Virus record (IMG/VR): IMGVR_UViG_3300012940_001080
Location: 1 to 27,240 of that record
Strand: one strand, 5' to 3'
Length of the DNA stretch: 27,240 nucleotides
Source of the DNA: a virus
Taxonomy: Duplodnaviria; Caudoviricetes
The translations under genes and the position numbers were made by a program. Under the pieces are notes generated by a model. That model worked only from the letters and a program-made list of their open reading frames with translations, was not told where the DNA came from and ran no database searches. Below, in pieces: positions 26,059-27,240 of this stretch (its first letter is position 1; every line of letters begins with the position of its first letter).

Positions 26059-26960
26059 GACGGGGGTCCTAACGTTGTGCGATGTGACGGCCGGGCGCTC
26101 CGCTCGGCTAACTTAGATGATGTGCGGCCTTCCGCGCCCGGCCCGAGCAGGGCACCCCTCTGTTTGAGCTGATTTGGACGTTGACGGCTATGACGTTGTA
26201 ACGATGTTGTAACGCCGGGATTGCACCGGCCCGGACTCGGACGAACGAGGATGTCCGTTATTGGCACGACTTTTGTTGTAAAGTGGGGTGGCTCCGTGCC
26301 GCGCACACGTCTATCCTCGAGCCGATCTCGAACCCAGGATCCGCCCCCTAAGGAGGTCTAAATAACGTCCGATCTCGCCCGGGCAACACACCGCCCGGCG
26401 AACCATGTCCGCCGAGCGTGACAAATGTTCACGCATGTGTGGACAGTCTGGCACGTGCGCTGTCGCAACCCGACAAGTCGGCAGTGCCTTCCACATAATC
26501 AATCTGGGCGCCACCGCCATACCAGGCGCCCTATCCACCACACGGCGCGCGCGCAGCGCGCTCCGCCCATCAATAGGATCGCCCGCTTGAGCACATATCA
26601 ACAGAGCGGGGTGACCGGCCAAGCCGCACTCCTGCTACGGCCTCTCACTCCCAGGACGCTGAACGCGCCCGTCTCGCCCTCGACCACCCCCGATACCGGG
26701 ACCGCCCACACAGAAGACCCGCCTGGAGCCCGCGTCAAAGCGGGACAGGACCGCCCGAGCGCCTCACCGATCTCCCGCCAGGGGAAAGCGCCGGCTCCCG
26801 CCACTTGCCCGACCAGCACGCCGCCGAGCGCCGGGAACGAGAGCGCGACGCACGAACGCCCCGAAGGACGAGATCAACCAGGCGGGACGACTAGCTCGAC
26901 GCACCGAGACGGACTCCACAGCACGGGCGGAGGAAAGCCACAGCCCCAGAGGGCCAGCCC

Positions 26961-27240
26961 CAGGGCCGACCTCCCGCCCGGAGGACGCACACAGGAGGGG
27001 GAGAAGGGCCAGTGGGGACGGCAGGACAGGGCCGACCTCCCGCCCGGAGGACGCACCCAGGAGGGGCGGGCAGGACAGGAGGGACGGCAGGTCAGGGCGG
27101 AGGGACAGGGCCAGGAGGGACGGGCAGGGGAGGACACCACCCAGGAGGGGCGGGCAGGACAGGAGGGACGGCAGGTCAGGGCGGAGGGACAGGGCCAGGA
27201 GGGACGGGCAGGGGAGGACACCACCCAGGAGGGGCGGGCA
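26961..27240 (+). repeat. G/purine-rich repeats: 40-bp direct repeat at a 66-bp period, then a perfect 84-bp tandem repeat running off the window
   Basis: CAGGGCCGACCTCCCGCCCGGAGGACGCAC[A/C]CAGGAGGGG at 26961 and 27027. The 84-bp unit starts at 27054, 27138 and 27222. Confidence 0.9.

Noticed and set aside
26311-27224. Short ORFs 26311..26622, 26405..26590, 26598..26819 and 26874..27224
   Set aside because: No recognisable motifs or RBS. The last is the antisense reading of the tandem repeat.

Overview
High-GC window. The left ~1.15 kb is the end of a heavy-metal efflux locus on the + strand: the C-terminus of an RND periplasmic adaptor and a CDF/CzcD transporter. From ~1.8 to ~26 kb is a siphovirus-type virion morphogenesis operon read on the - strand, in the order HNH-HTH protein, two small ORFs, a sigma-70 region-2-like protein, TerS, TerL, portal, scaffold, major capsid, head-tail proteins, a three-gene fibre module with an SGNH esterase-LamG protein, tail completion and terminator proteins, tail tube, chaperone, tape measure, a large Tal/fibre fusion and a holin. 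I could not identify an integrase, replication gene, endolysin or distal-tail (Dit) gene in the window. The most unusual element is at the junction of the two parts (1144-1760). A 20-bp motif occurs 8 times at a 22-bp period on one strand and 5 times at a 32-bp period on the other, around a CATG-rich 11-bp repeat core, which resembles an iteron replicon. A 150-bp phage metallophosphoesterase gene fragment appears to be inserted in register into one repeat unit. The window ends in a G-rich 84-bp tandem repeat. All protein calls come from motif recognition and gene order only; no searches were run.
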